Assembly (NCBI GenBank): GCA_046543095.1
Contig: JBKHAC010000004.1
Coordinates: forward strand, 1-58,897
Length of the DNA: 58,897 bases
From: Candidatus Woesearchaeota archaeon
GTDB taxonomy: Archaea; Nanobdellota; Nanobdellia; Woesearchaeales; 21-14-0-10-32-9
Direction of reading: 5' to 3'
The translations under genes were made by a program, and so were the position numbers. How positions within the stretch are numbered: the stretch's first letter is position 1; every line of letters begins with the position of its first letter. The notes under the pieces are model-generated. The model did not search any database and had not been told where the DNA came from. It saw nothing but the letters and a program-made list of their open reading frames with translations. This document shows, one piece after another, positions 43,205 to 53,866 of the stretch.

Positions 43205-43942
43205 ATGAAACTTACATTAGCTGAGCCTAAATTGTTGAAAGAGAGTATATCTGTTATCTCAGAGCTTGTTTCTGAGACGAAGTTCCGTGTTGGTAAAGAT
43301 TTTGTTGAAATTGTTGCTATGGATCCTGCGAATGTTGCCATGATTGTATTTAGGATGCCTAGTAATTCTTTTGCTGAGTATAAAGTTGAAGAGGAGACTA
43401 CTCTTGCTATGAATCTTGCAAGTTTTAAGCAAGTTCTTCGTAGGGCGAAGCCTAATGATGTTTTGACGTTGGAGAAGACTGATAATAAGCTCAAGATTAT
43501 TTTAAAAGAGAAGAATACTAGAACTTTTTATTTGCCTTTAATTGATATTGATGATAAGCCTCAGAAAATTCCTCAGCTTAATGCGTTGGCGTCTGTTAAT
43601 TTGCCTAGTTCTGTTTTAAGTGAGGCTATTGAGGATATGGATATTGTAAGTGAGAGTGTTACGTTTAAGGTTGATTCGAATGCTTTAACTATTCTTGCTG
43701 CTGGTGATTTGAAGAATGCTGATGTTGTAATTGAGAAGGATGATTCTATAAAAATTGTTGTTGAGGGCGAGCATAAAAGTAAGTATAGTATTGAGTATTT
43801 GAAGAAGATGATTCAGGGTGGGAAGCTTGTGTCTAATGCGACTTTGAAGTTTAGTAATGATTATCCTTTGACTTTGGAGTTTGCTGAGCCTGATAAGCTT
43901 TCTTTAATGTTTATTTTGGCGCCTCGTGTTGATAATGATTAA
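43205..43942 (+). CDS. pcn: DNA polymerase sliding clamp PCNA
   Basis: 245 aa. The archaeal PCNA pattern is present (ISELVSETKFRVGKDFVEIVAMDPANVAMIVFRM.., C-terminal LMFILAPRV). TATA-like GTATATAAAG and SD GAAGGTGG lie upstream. Confidence 0.9.
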   Translation: MKLTLAEPKLLKESISVISELVSETKFRVGKDFVEIVAMDPANVAMIVFRMPSNSFAEYKVEEETTLAMNLASFKQVLRRAKPNDVLTLEKTDNKLKIILKEKNTRTFYLPLIDIDDKPQKIPQLNALASVNLPSSVLSEAIEDMDIVSESVTFKVDSNALTILAAGDLKNADVVIEKDDSIKIVVEGEHKSKYSIEYLKKMIQGGKLVSNATLKFSNDYPLTLEFAEPDKLSLMFILAPRVDND

Positions 43943-43993
43943 CTACTTATTTTTTCTTATTTTGGTGTTTTTTGGTTTCTTTTTAGTAATTTA

Positions 43994-44138
43994 AGCTTTG
44001 TCCCGAATAGTTGTTTTTTGTATGGTGTCTAGCAAACCACTCAAAATAAGCATTGGTTTTTATAGACTCGGATTTAAACTCGGGTAAACATTGTTTGGTT
44101 TGCGTAGTATACAATTCGTTGTTATTTAGGACAGAGTT
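43994..44138 (+). mobile_element. 145-bp MITE, copy 2
   Basis: Same length as copy 1, with about 20 mismatches and no indels by eye. Flanked by a perfect 8-bp duplication, GTAATTTA (43986-43993 and 44139-44146). Confidence 0.8.
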
Positions 44139-44160
44139 GTAATTTAGATTTTTTTTTATT

Positions 44161-45750
44161 TCATAAAATGTGTTTTTCTATTATTTTGATTATTTTATTG
44201 AAATCTTTTTTATTTGCTTCATATTTCGCGAATTCTACTAATGAACATAAATCGAAGCATTCTTTTGCTTCTTTGTAATTTTTTTTGTGTTTTTTTAGGT
44301 AGTCTATGATTTCGTCATTTGTTATTTCTTTATTGAGTTTGTTTTCATAGCTTAAATATAATCTTAGTGCTTGTCCTGCTGCGCCGTATGCGTCTTTGTA
44401 TTCTTCTTTTTCGAATAGTTTCTTTGATTTTTGAAGTAATAGTAAGCTTTCTTTTTTGTAATCAAATGGTTTTTCTGTTTTCTTTTCAGCGTTTGATTTT
44501 TCAGGTTTTGATTTTTTGTGAATTTTTTTGTATGCGAAATAGCTTAGTATTGTTATTAATGATATAATTATTAGGAGTTGCCAGTAGTTTTTCTTTTCTT
44601 TTTTTCCGTTTTTAAGTTCAACATTTTGAATTGTATTGTTCATAATTTCAGCCATTATGCTTGCAGTTTCATTATTTTCATTAAAATAGTTTAGTTGCAC
44701 ATTTGTTTTATTTTGTTCTTGGTAAAATTGTGTATTTTGTTGAGAATAACCTTGATCTTGTAGTTGTTGGTGGTATTTTTGAAATTGTTTATTTTCTTGT
44801 AGTTCGTTCAGTATTTGTTGTCTTGATTCAGCTGTGTTTTTCTGAATGTTTTGTATCTTGCTATTATTCATTTGACCTAAGAGTGTTGCTTGTTCATTTT
44901 TTTGGTTTTGATATTCTAACTCAAAATCTCCTGTGTTATTAGAACTTGGATTAAACTTTGCATTAGTCAGATTATATCCTTGATTTAGTAGTTCTTGATG
45001 CTCTTTTTGGAATTCTTGATTTTGTGCTAATTCTTTTTGAAATTCTTCTTTCATTTGTTGTTGTTCTTGGAATTGATTTTGCATTTGTTGTTTTAGAGCA
45101 GAGCTGTCTTGAGATAATTGGTTGTTTTGCAGTCTTTGTTCTGTTCTTTGTGGTTGTTGTTGCTCCTGTCCAAAGATTTGATTTGTCATTTGTTGCATTC
45201 TTTGTTGTTGTTGAGTGAATGGATTGTTTTGTTGTTTAGTTTCTTGTGAAGTTTCTTGTGATGAACTACTTATTTGATTTTGTTGGTTGTTTTTTTGTGA
45301 ATCTTTGTTTATAAAATGTATTTTAATATTGTTTAAATTTACAGATTTTGATTTGTTTTTTGTATAAGAAAATTGTAAGTCTATATCTAATACTATTGGC
45401 GTGTCTGATGTTCCAAAATTAATGGGAGTTTGTGTTTTTCCTTGGTTTATTGAAAAAGAAGTTGATTTCATGTTTGTGCTTGAATATTGAAAATTACCTT
45501 GGTTTATTGATTGGGTTATGGTGTAGCTTAACATCCCGTTTATTTGTTCTTTGTAATTATTTTCTGATTGTAAATTTATTATTGCATTTTCTCCTGTTTT
45601 AAAATAATATTCGGATTGTTCTAGAGATAAAATTATATCTTTAGCAGAAACTAAAGGTATTGCGAGTATAAAAATTAGTAGGCTGAATATTATTTTTTGA
45701 CTCATTGTGTGAATTTTTGATTTATGTTTGAAATTTTGGAAAAAGTTCAT
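44161..45750 (-). CDS. Membrane protein with extracellular beta-rich domain, long Gln-rich region, TM helix and DUF4129-like cytoplasmic tail
   Basis: N-terminal signal/anchor; Q-rich low-complexity core; TM helix WQLLIIISLITILSYFAY. The C-terminal helical segment ..EITNDEIIDYL..CSLVEFAKYEANKKDF is DUF4129-like. Confidence 0.5.
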   Translation of the reverse strand: MNFFQNFKHKSKIHTMSQKIIFSLLIFILAIPLVSAKDIILSLEQSEYYFKTGENAIINLQSENNYKEQINGMLSYTITQSINQGNFQYSSTNMKSTSFSINQGKTQTPINFGTSDTPIVLDIDLQFSYTKNKSKSVNLNNIKIHFINKDSQKNNQQNQISSSSQETSQETKQQNNPFTQQQQRMQQMTNQIFGQEQQQPQRTEQRLQNNQLSQDSSALKQQMQNQFQEQQQMKEEFQKELAQNQEFQKEHQELLNQGYNLTNAKFNPSSNNTGDFELEYQNQKNEQATLLGQMNNSKIQNIQKNTAESRQQILNELQENKQFQKYHQQLQDQGYSQQNTQFYQEQNKTNVQLNYFNENNETASIMAEIMNNTIQNVELKNGKKEKKNYWQLLIIISLITILSYFAYKKIHKKSKPEKSNAEKKTEKPFDYKKESLLLLQKSKKLFEKEEYKDAYGAAGQALRLYLSYENKLNKEITNDEIIDYLKKHKKNYKEAKECFDLCSLVEFAKYEANKKDFNKIIKIIEKHIL

Positions 45751-46697
45751 TGTATTATCCTCCTCCCTCCATAACGCAAGTATAGATATATTAAGAATGT
45801 AATTAATGATGCGATGAAGAACCAGTCTTTTATGTTGGTTTCTTCTTTTTCTCTTTCAATATCTTGGCTGATGTTTTTGTATATTTCATTAAGTGTTTTT
45901 TCGTCTACTGATTTAAAATAATTTCCTCCTGTTTCCTTTGCAATTGTTTTTAGTGTTTCTTCATCAAGTTCTGCATATTGAGGTCGTCCAAACCAGTCAT
46001 AACCTAAAACTACTTGATCTTCCGAACCCATTCCAATGGTATATACTTGAATATTATTTGCTTTGGCGAATGCTATTCCTTCTGCGGGACTTATCACTCC
46101 CGCGTTGCTTACGCCGTCTGAGAGCAGGATTACTACTTTTTTTTTGTTAGGAATAGATGTTGCCATATCAATTCCAAGAGATAATCCATCGCCTATTGCT
46201 GTTTTTCCTTCTCTTGGAGCTATGCTTCTAAGTTTTTCTATAACTTTTTCTTTATAAGGACTAAGGTATGCTGCAGTTGTTGCTCCTGATTCAAAAGTTA
46301 TAATTCCGGTATGATCTTTTTGTTTTAGGGAGTCTAGTAGTATTTCAGCTGATTTTTTTGCGGCTTCAAGTCTTGTAGGTTGATAATCAGTTGCTTGCAT
46401 GCTTCCAGAAATATCCATTACTAAAACAACATTAACGCCTTCTTTTGCTTGTTTTAATGGTATGTGAGGATTGGCAAATCCGATAATCATAAATATTAAA
46501 ACTAAAAGTGCAACATAAAATAACACATCATTTCTTTTTGATTTCTTTTTATCTCCAAGAGCTGATTTGATGAATCCTATATTGCTAAATTTTATGGCAT
46601 CTTTTTTCTTTTTATCAATAATTAATTTGTATACATAATATATTATAGGTATGGAAATTAGGAATAATAAAATCCATGGAGATTCAAATCCTGTCAT
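45747..46697 (-). CDS. von Willebrand factor A domain membrane protein (BatA-like)
   Basis: MIDAS motif VMDISGSM .. LLSDG; N- and C-terminal TM helices; 4-nt overlap with the next gene. Confidence 0.8.
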   Translation of the reverse strand: MTGFESPWILLFLISIPIIYYVYKLIIDKKKKDAIKFSNIGFIKSALGDKKKSKRNDVLFYVALLVLIFMIIGFANPHIPLKQAKEGVNVVLVMDISGSMQATDYQPTRLEAAKKSAEILLDSLKQKDHTGIITFESGATTAAYLSPYKEKVIEKLRSIAPREGKTAIGDGLSLGIDMATSIPNKKKVVILLSDGVSNAGVISPAEGIAFAKANNIQVYTIGMGSEDQVVLGYDWFGRPQYAELDEETLKTIAKETGGNYFKSVDEKTLNEIYKNISQDIEREKEETNIKDWFFIASLITFLIYLYLRYGGRRIIQ

Positions 46698-47578
46698 TAT
46701 GCTATCACCTTTTTTTGTCTTGTTTTAAAGAATTTGCGTAGAGGGATTTCGTATGCTTGATTAGTTGTTATTTCTACTGTGTCTATTTTATGTTTCTTAA
46801 AAAGAGTGTTTAATTTATTGTTTTGTGTTTTGATTATTTTTGAATAATTTTCTCTGAATTCTTTATCTGATGTGTCAATAAGTATTTGTTCGTCTGTTTC
46901 TTCATCTTCTAATTGTATAAGTCCTATATCTGGGAGTTCTGTTTCTCTTGTATCTGCTATTTTTATTGCTATAACGTCGTGTTTGTTTTTTAGGGCGGTT
47001 AGTGGTTGTGTGAAATCGTCCGAGTAAAAATCAGATATTACAAATAATATGCTTCTTTTTTTAATTATATTAGCTATATAGGTTAAAGATTTTTTTAGAT
47101 TGGTTTCTTTTGATTGTGGTTTGTGTGTGATTAATTTGCTGATGATTTTTAGGATGTGTCTTCTTCCTTTTCTTTCAGGAATGTATTTTTCAACGCTGTT
47201 TGTGAATATGAATAAACCAACATTATCATTATTTCTTAATGCGGAGAACATTAATGTTGCGGTTAATTCAATTGCTTTTTTTCTTTTTTCAATGAGATTT
47301 CCAAAGTTTCCTGAGGCTGAGAAATCAAATGCGAAAAAAACTCTTAAATCTCTTTCTTCAATAAATTCTTTGATGAATGGGTGGTTGAATCTTGCTGTTA
47401 CTTTCCAGTCAATTGCGCGTATATCATCTCCGGGTCGGTAATCTCTAATTTCAGAAAATTCTATTCCTTGTCCTTTAAAAATGGAGTGGTAGTTGCCTGC
47501 TATTAATCCGTCGACTAAATGTTTGGTTTTAAGTTCTATTTTTTTTATTTGAGCAATTACTTCTTTCATTTGTTGCAT
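46697..47578 (-). CDS. DUF58-family protein (MoxR-associated)
   Basis: IRAIDWKVTAR motif and the degenerate VWA-like core FAFDFSASG. Shares one base with the downstream start. Confidence 0.75.
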   Translation of the reverse strand: MQQMKEVIAQIKKIELKTKHLVDGLIAGNYHSIFKGQGIEFSEIRDYRPGDDIRAIDWKVTARFNHPFIKEFIEERDLRVFFAFDFSASGNFGNLIEKRKKAIELTATLMFSALRNNDNVGLFIFTNSVEKYIPERKGRRHILKIISKLITHKPQSKETNLKKSLTYIANIIKKRSILFVISDFYSDDFTQPLTALKNKHDVIAIKIADTRETELPDIGLIQLEDEETDEQILIDTSDKEFRENYSKIIKTQNNKLNTLFKKHKIDTVEITTNQAYEIPLRKFFKTRQKKVIA

Positions 47579-47597
47579 TCTAAAAGACCTCTTTTTT

Positions 47598-48587
47598 TTA
47601 AGGAATTTTTATTTTGTTTAGTATTTTAGTTATTATTTCATCACTTGTTTTTTGTTCTGCTTCAGCTTCATATGTTAAGAGAATTCTATGTCTTAGGACG
47701 TCATAGGCGATTGTTTTTACATCTTCAGGTTTTACATATCCTCTCCCTTTCATCATTGCATGAGCTTTAGCAGCTAATATTAACCAAAGTGATGCTCTTG
47801 GAGACGCTCCGTATTCGATGCTTCCGTTTATATCAAGTTCGTATTTTTCAGGGTGTCTTGTTGCATCTACGATTTCTGCGACATATTTTTTTATTTTGTT
47901 ATCAGCATATATTTTTTGGTTGAATTCTTGCATTTCAAGTATTTCTTTAGTGGTTAATTTTTTTATTATGTTTATTTTAATGCCTTCTGTAAATCGTTCA
48001 ATTATTTCTTCTTCTCCGTATATATCAGGGTAGCCTATTAATATTTTAAACATGAAACGGTCTACTTGTGCTTCTGGTAATTTATAGGTTCCTTCGCTTT
48101 CTATGGGGTTTTGTGTTGCAAGTACCATGAATGGTTTTGGTAATTTTATTGTGTCTCCTTGAATGCTTACTTGTTTTTCTTGCATTGCTTCAAGGAGGGC
48201 TGATTGGACTTTTGGGGGAGCTCTATTTATTTCATCTGCTAGGATGAAATTTGTAAATATAGGTCCTTGAACTGTTTTGAAAGTTCCATTTTTATGATCG
48301 TAAATTTTTGTTCCAGTTATATCTGCGGGAAGAAGGTCTGGTGTAAATTGCAGTCGTGCAAAGCCACTATCAAGGCATTCAGATAGTGTTTTTATCATTA
48401 AGGTTTTTGCAAGTCCTGGTACGCCTTCAATGAGAACGTGTCCGTTAGAAATTAAGGCTATGAGCATTTTTTCTATGATGTTGTCTTGGCCTACTATTAC
48501 TTTGCTTATTTCAGAATGGACTTTTTGTAATTTTTCTGAATATTTTTCTGCTTTTTCATTTAAATTTTTTATTTCATTATTCATCAA
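47598..48587 (-). CDS. moxR: MoxR-family AAA+ ATPase
   Basis: Walker A GVPGLAKT, Walker B ILADEINRAPPKVQSALLEAMQE, and a perfect AGGAGGTG SD upstream. Confidence 0.9.
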   Translation of the reverse strand: MMNNEIKNLNEKAEKYSEKLQKVHSEISKVIVGQDNIIEKMLIALISNGHVLIEGVPGLAKTLMIKTLSECLDSGFARLQFTPDLLPADITGTKIYDHKNGTFKTVQGPIFTNFILADEINRAPPKVQSALLEAMQEKQVSIQGDTIKLPKPFMVLATQNPIESEGTYKLPEAQVDRFMFKILIGYPDIYGEEEIIERFTEGIKINIIKKLTTKEILEMQEFNQKIYADNKIKKYVAEIVDATRHPEKYELDINGSIEYGASPRASLWLILAAKAHAMMKGRGYVKPEDVKTIAYDVLRHRILLTYEAEAEQKTSDEIITKILNKIKIP

Positions 48588-48789
48588 TACGCACCTCCTG
48601 AGTCTTAGAGAAAATGCTAAGCAAGTTTAGTTTTATTTATAAAAATAATGGGTTTTTGGTCTGTGGCGTAAAGAATTAGTTATGTCAAGTGAGATATAGG
48701 AATTTGAATGTGCTCTCAATAGACTCAATGTTGTATGTGTCTTATTAATTGTATCTCACAACATTACTAAAGCTTTTGCCTAAGACTAT

Positions 48790-49197
48790 TTATCGGTTTT
48801 TAAATCCGAGTGCTTCATCTATTTCTTCTCCTATTTTTGATAGGTTGTCAAATATTCTATTTACATCTCGTCTCATTTCTTCAATAGCTGACCTCACGCT
48901 TCCTTGTCTGACAAAGATAAGTCTTTTTTCTCTAAGTAAAAATCCTGCATCTATGAAAGTTCTTAAATGATAATTCACTCTTTGTATGGATAAGTCAAGG
49001 TCTTGGGATATATTTTCTGTTGAAGTAAATCCTTCAGATGCTACTTCTTGAAGTACATTTTTTAAAATTTGAGATGTTATTTTTTCTGTGTCTCTTCCTG
49101 CGCTAAAGCCAAAGCTATTTCCTAACCATTCTATATCATCGATTACGTCTATTTTTTTTGGTTTTTGCAAATTTCTAAGTATGATTTGTTGAGGCAC
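48790..49197 (-). CDS. Winged helix-turn-helix transcription regulator, divergent from hsp20 (candidate heat-shock regulator)
   Basis: The wHTH-like segment TENISQDLDLSIQRVNYHLRTFIDAGFLLREKR, and its position head-to-head with hsp20. Confidence 0.6.
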   Translation of the reverse strand: MPQQIILRNLQKPKKIDVIDDIEWLGNSFGFSAGRDTEKITSQILKNVLQEVASEGFTSTENISQDLDLSIQRVNYHLRTFIDAGFLLREKRLIFVRQGSVRSAIEEMRRDVNRIFDNLSKIGEEIDEALGFKNR

Positions 49198-49316
49198 AAT
49201 TATGTTAGTTCATAAGTTATATTTAAATGTTTCGCTAAAATAATGAAATCATTTAATTAAAACGTAATTTATTAGATTAAAAATGGAAAAATTTAAATAA
49301 AAGTTAGTTTTTACTA

Positions 49317-49339
49317 TTTGTTGAGCTTAAATCAACAAA
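49317..49339. promoter_or_regulatory. 8-7-8 inverted repeat, candidate operator overlapping the predicted hsp20 transcription start
   Basis: TTTGTTGA-GCTTAAA-TCAACAAA begins 18 nt downstream of the TATA-like TTTAAATA (49292-49299). Confidence 0.45.
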
Positions 49340-49377
49340 GAATTGAGGTGGCTCAAAAAAAATGGAGGTGCATTACT

Positions 49378-49869
49378 ATGCGAAGAAGATATTCGATTTG
49401 GGATGAAATGAGAAGAATGCAAGAACAAATGGATTCTGTGTTTAGTAATTTTTTTGACATCGAACCACTAATAGGAGATAATTTTTTATTAGAAGACAGA
49501 TCAGGTAAAAACAAAGAATTAATATCAAGTAATTATAAAGCGCCTGTATCTGATATTTATGAAACAGACAAAGAAGTTGTTGCAGAGGTAGATATGCCTG
49601 GTGTTGATAAAAAAGACATCAAAGTAAATATTACTGAAGAAGCTATTGAAATTAAAGCAGAAAAGAAAAACGAAGTCAAGCAAGAAGATAAGAAAAAAGG
49701 AATGTTTAGACTTGAGCGAAGCTTCGCAGGATTCTACAGAAGCTTTGCACTACCAAATAGTGTGGACCCTGACAAAGCAAATGCAGAATACAAAGATGGC
49801 GTTTTAAAAATAACTGTTCCGAAACTAAAAGTTGAAGAGAAGAAAAAGAAACTTTTAGAAATCAAATAA
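49378..49869 (+). CDS. hsp20: Small heat-shock protein (Hsp20/alpha-crystallin family)
   Basis: Alpha-crystallin domain (..PVSDIYETDKEVVAEVDMPGVDKKDIKVNI.. AEYKDGVLKITVPK). The start is set at the ATG 7 nt after GGAGGTG; the listed TTG at 49318 lies inside the operator. Confidence 0.85.
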   Translation: MRRRYSIWDEMRRMQEQMDSVFSNFFDIEPLIGDNFLLEDRSGKNKELISSNYKAPVSDIYETDKEVVAEVDMPGVDKKDIKVNITEEAIEIKAEKKNEVKQEDKKKGMFRLERSFAGFYRSFALPNSVDPDKANAEYKDGVLKITVPKLKVEEKKKKLLEIK

Positions 49870-49968
49870 ATGGATTAGGACAACATTATCAGATCGGAGG
49901 TAAAAATTTAAATCTTGATTTAAAGGTTTAAAATTGAAACTTTCCAATCTTTGTAAAGAATTTTAGCG

Positions 49969-50001
49969 AAGCAGAATTTATTTCTGCTTTTATGCTTTTT
50001 T
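49969..50001 (+). terminator. Hairpin plus T-tract downstream of hsp20
   Basis: AAGCAGAA-TTTAT-TTCTGCTT is followed by TTATGCTTTTTTT. Confidence 0.4.
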
Positions 50002-50040
50002 TGAAATATATGAAATCATAAAATTACGAGGTGGTTTTAT

Positions 50041-50460
50041 ATGACTCAATTAATGCAATCACGAAGTGTAAAGCAAATAATTCAAAGATCGTATTCTCCA
50101 ATAAATATGGAAATAAAAACAGAAGTTCCTGCTATTGATTATGTTTGGGTTGAACAAACCATTAAGGAGTTCTTGGAAGAACAAAGACTTCTCAGTTCAC
50201 TTAAAAATATCTCTATTTATTTTACTTATCAGCCTGTTAGAAGAAAAATCATTAAATGTGTTGCTAATGTGAAAATGAAGAGCAAGAGCAATACTTTGAC
50301 TGTTACTGGTCATGGGATTGATGAATATCAAGCAGTATATGATTTATTGGAGAAATTAGAATTCAAAGTATTGTTAGATTCAAATCTTCAAAAATCAATA
50401 TCGGGTTTCTTTTTTTCAAATTCAATGAATCAATTTCAAAGAGGTGATCAATGTGCGTGA
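50041..50460 (+). CDS. HPF/RaiA (ribosome hibernation factor, S30AE)-like protein
   Basis: From the internal Met (MEIKTE..), the sequence aligns by eye with bacterial HPF: I-x-I start, helix EQTIKEFLEE, and the signature-like GHGIDEYQAVYDLLEKLEFKV (compare EGQDMYAAIDGLIDKLARQL). SD GAGGTGG upstream. Confidence 0.45.
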   Translation: MTQLMQSRSVKQIIQRSYSPINMEIKTEVPAIDYVWVEQTIKEFLEEQRLLSSLKNISIYFTYQPVRRKIIKCVANVKMKSKSNTLTVTGHGIDEYQAVYDLLEKLEFKVLLDSNLQKSISGFFFSNSMNQFQRGDQCA

Positions 50461-50619
50461 GTAAAAAAATGTTAGTGTGCAAGAAATTTTACATAAAAAT
50501 TGCATAATAAGCAATTATTTAATTTTGAATTCAAGATGTTTGAAGAAGTTGATGTCTGAGAGCAGATGTCATTTTAATAGGAATTGTACATCTGGAAAAA
50601 ATAAATGGAGGTATAAACT

Positions 50620-52517
<1,898 letters not shown>

Positions 52518-52527
52518 GGTTGATTAA

Positions 52528-52544
52528 TTTTTTTTGTTTTTTTT
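52528..52544 (+). terminator. Oligo-T tract downstream of groEL
   Basis: T8-G-T8 lies 11 nt after the stop codon. Archaeal termination typically uses oligo-T. Confidence 0.35.
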
Positions 52545-52976
52545 ATTTATATTTTTCAGAAAATGTATTTCAGTCAAGTTGTTTTTGGCGTTTTAGGAAA
52601 GTTCATATTTTGCTGAGGATTTGTTTATAAGAAAAATGAGCGAAGTATGAGGGTATGCAGGATTTATTGCGTGAGTAAAAAAATATTTTCAAGTTTTAAA
52701 GATAAATTTCAAATAATTTTTGAGTAGTTGTTTGATTTTTTTGTGAGTTTTTGTTTTGTTGATTGTGTCGGGTTTGATGTGTGTAAAAATCATGATTTTA
52801 GAATTTTTAATAATTTTTAAGGTCTTGAAATTGAGTTAAGTTTAAATAAGATGAGAAATACAATAATTTAAATTCTTTAAAAAGTCAAATTCTTCAAACA
52901 ATCCCGCCATTCAAAATAAATAAATACTACTAAATAATAGTAAATTATATAAATGATTATTTTTTATTAATTCAAA

Positions 52977-53252
52977 ATGAATATAGATAATGCAATAACG
53001 GACATAAAAGTTCATAGAGAACTTGATTTGTATAAATCTATTTTAGATACTGATTTAAAATTAAATAAACCCTTTTCTTATCTTGAATTAATTGCTGATA
53101 AATATAACTTAGATAAAACTGTTGTTATTGATAGAAGTCTTGATTCTTATAATTTTTATAGAAATAAGTGTGATAAATCCCACGATGATGCTTTGTACAA
53201 AAGTATAATTGACACCCATTATTTTATTGCGTCAAGTTTCTTAGATCAATAA
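52977..53252 (+). CDS. Hypothetical small protein, paralog of 53555..53848
   Basis: LDLYKSILDTDLKLNKPFSYLELIADKYNLDKTVVIDRSLDSYNFY aligns with IDKFKDLLNHSLDENRPFDYLVAVSKSYNVPSSTVFDIALDSFNYY. Confidence 0.45.
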   Translation: MNIDNAITDIKVHRELDLYKSILDTDLKLNKPFSYLELIADKYNLDKTVVIDRSLDSYNFYRNKCDKSHDDALYKSIIDTHYFIASSFLDQ

Positions 53253-53554
53253 GGCAAAACATCTGATTTTAATTAGGATATAAAAAGTTAGTACTGGTTA
53301 AATGAGCAATATGAATTGAATGATGAAATTAATATGCTCAGTGCCACACATATTAAGTGGGAATTGTATTATCACCCAAAACTTTTGTTTGTGAATATTT
53401 ATCAATTAATTTTTTATATCTCTTGAATTTTCTTCAATAAATTATGGCATTTATAGTTGGCGACATAAAAAATTTGTAATGCCTAAAAGAGCCTTAGGTT
53501 CGCACTCGTTAACACTAGACTCGGTTTATAAAGCGAGGATCAAAGCGATGCTCT

Positions 53555-53848
53555 TTGCATTACAAAAAAATTTTGTCGCAGACTATTACAAAATCTTCAA
53601 GTTTGGATAATTTTATTTTAGAAGAGATTGATAAATTTAAGGATCTTTTGAATCATTCGTTAGATGAGAATAGGCCTTTTGATTATCTTGTTGCTGTATC
53701 TAAATCATATAATGTTCCTAGTAGTACTGTTTTTGATATTGCGCTTGATTCTTTTAATTATTATATGCGAAGAGGAGTTACTAGTTCTCTTGCAAAGAAA
53801 TGGAGTTTAGGTTATGCTCATGAATTTATCTTAATAAATTATTATTGA
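53555..53848 (+). CDS. Hypothetical small protein, paralog of 52977..53252 (start uncertain)
   Basis: See the paralog alignment. The listed start is a TTG, so the true start may be further downstream. Confidence 0.4.
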   Translation: MHYKKILSQTITKSSSLDNFILEEIDKFKDLLNHSLDENRPFDYLVAVSKSYNVPSSTVFDIALDSFNYYMRRGVTSSLAKKWSLGYAHEFILINYY

Positions 53849-53866
53849 GTCACATTATTAAATTTA

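Noticed and set aside
49318-49377. Upstream alternative starts given in the ORF track: TTG at 49318 for hsp20, GTG at 50889 for groEL, TTG at 56819, TTG at 28513 and TTG at 38214.
   Set aside because: At 49318, 50889 and 28513 an in-frame ATG follows a GGAGGTG-like SD at the proper spacing. At 38214 the downstream ATG forms an ATGA stop/start overlap. At 56819 the first ATG is preferred simply because the extension reads through promoter-like T-rich DNA. The other extensions read through operator, SD or promoter sequence.
50455-50471. The 17-mer TGCGTGAGTAAAAAAAT is shared with 52669-52685 (after the HPF-like gene and after groEL).
   Set aside because: Half of it is an A-run. My rough estimate is that one such coincidence is not surprising in ~59 kb of AT-rich DNA, and there is no extended similarity around it.
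50461-50619. A search for a CIRCE element (TTAGCACTC-N9-GAGTGCTAA) or another known bacterial heat-shock operator upstream of groES.
   Set aside because: Not present. There is only a weak 7-bp inverted repeat, CAGATGT..ACATCTG (50563-50594), with a long spacer. That is insufficient to call.
53318-53350. AATGATGA followed by ..GCTCAGTG.., which looked like the start of a second C/D box sRNA.
   Set aside because: There is no CTGA D' or D box and no C' box at the proper spacing. The similarity is limited to the C box heptamer.
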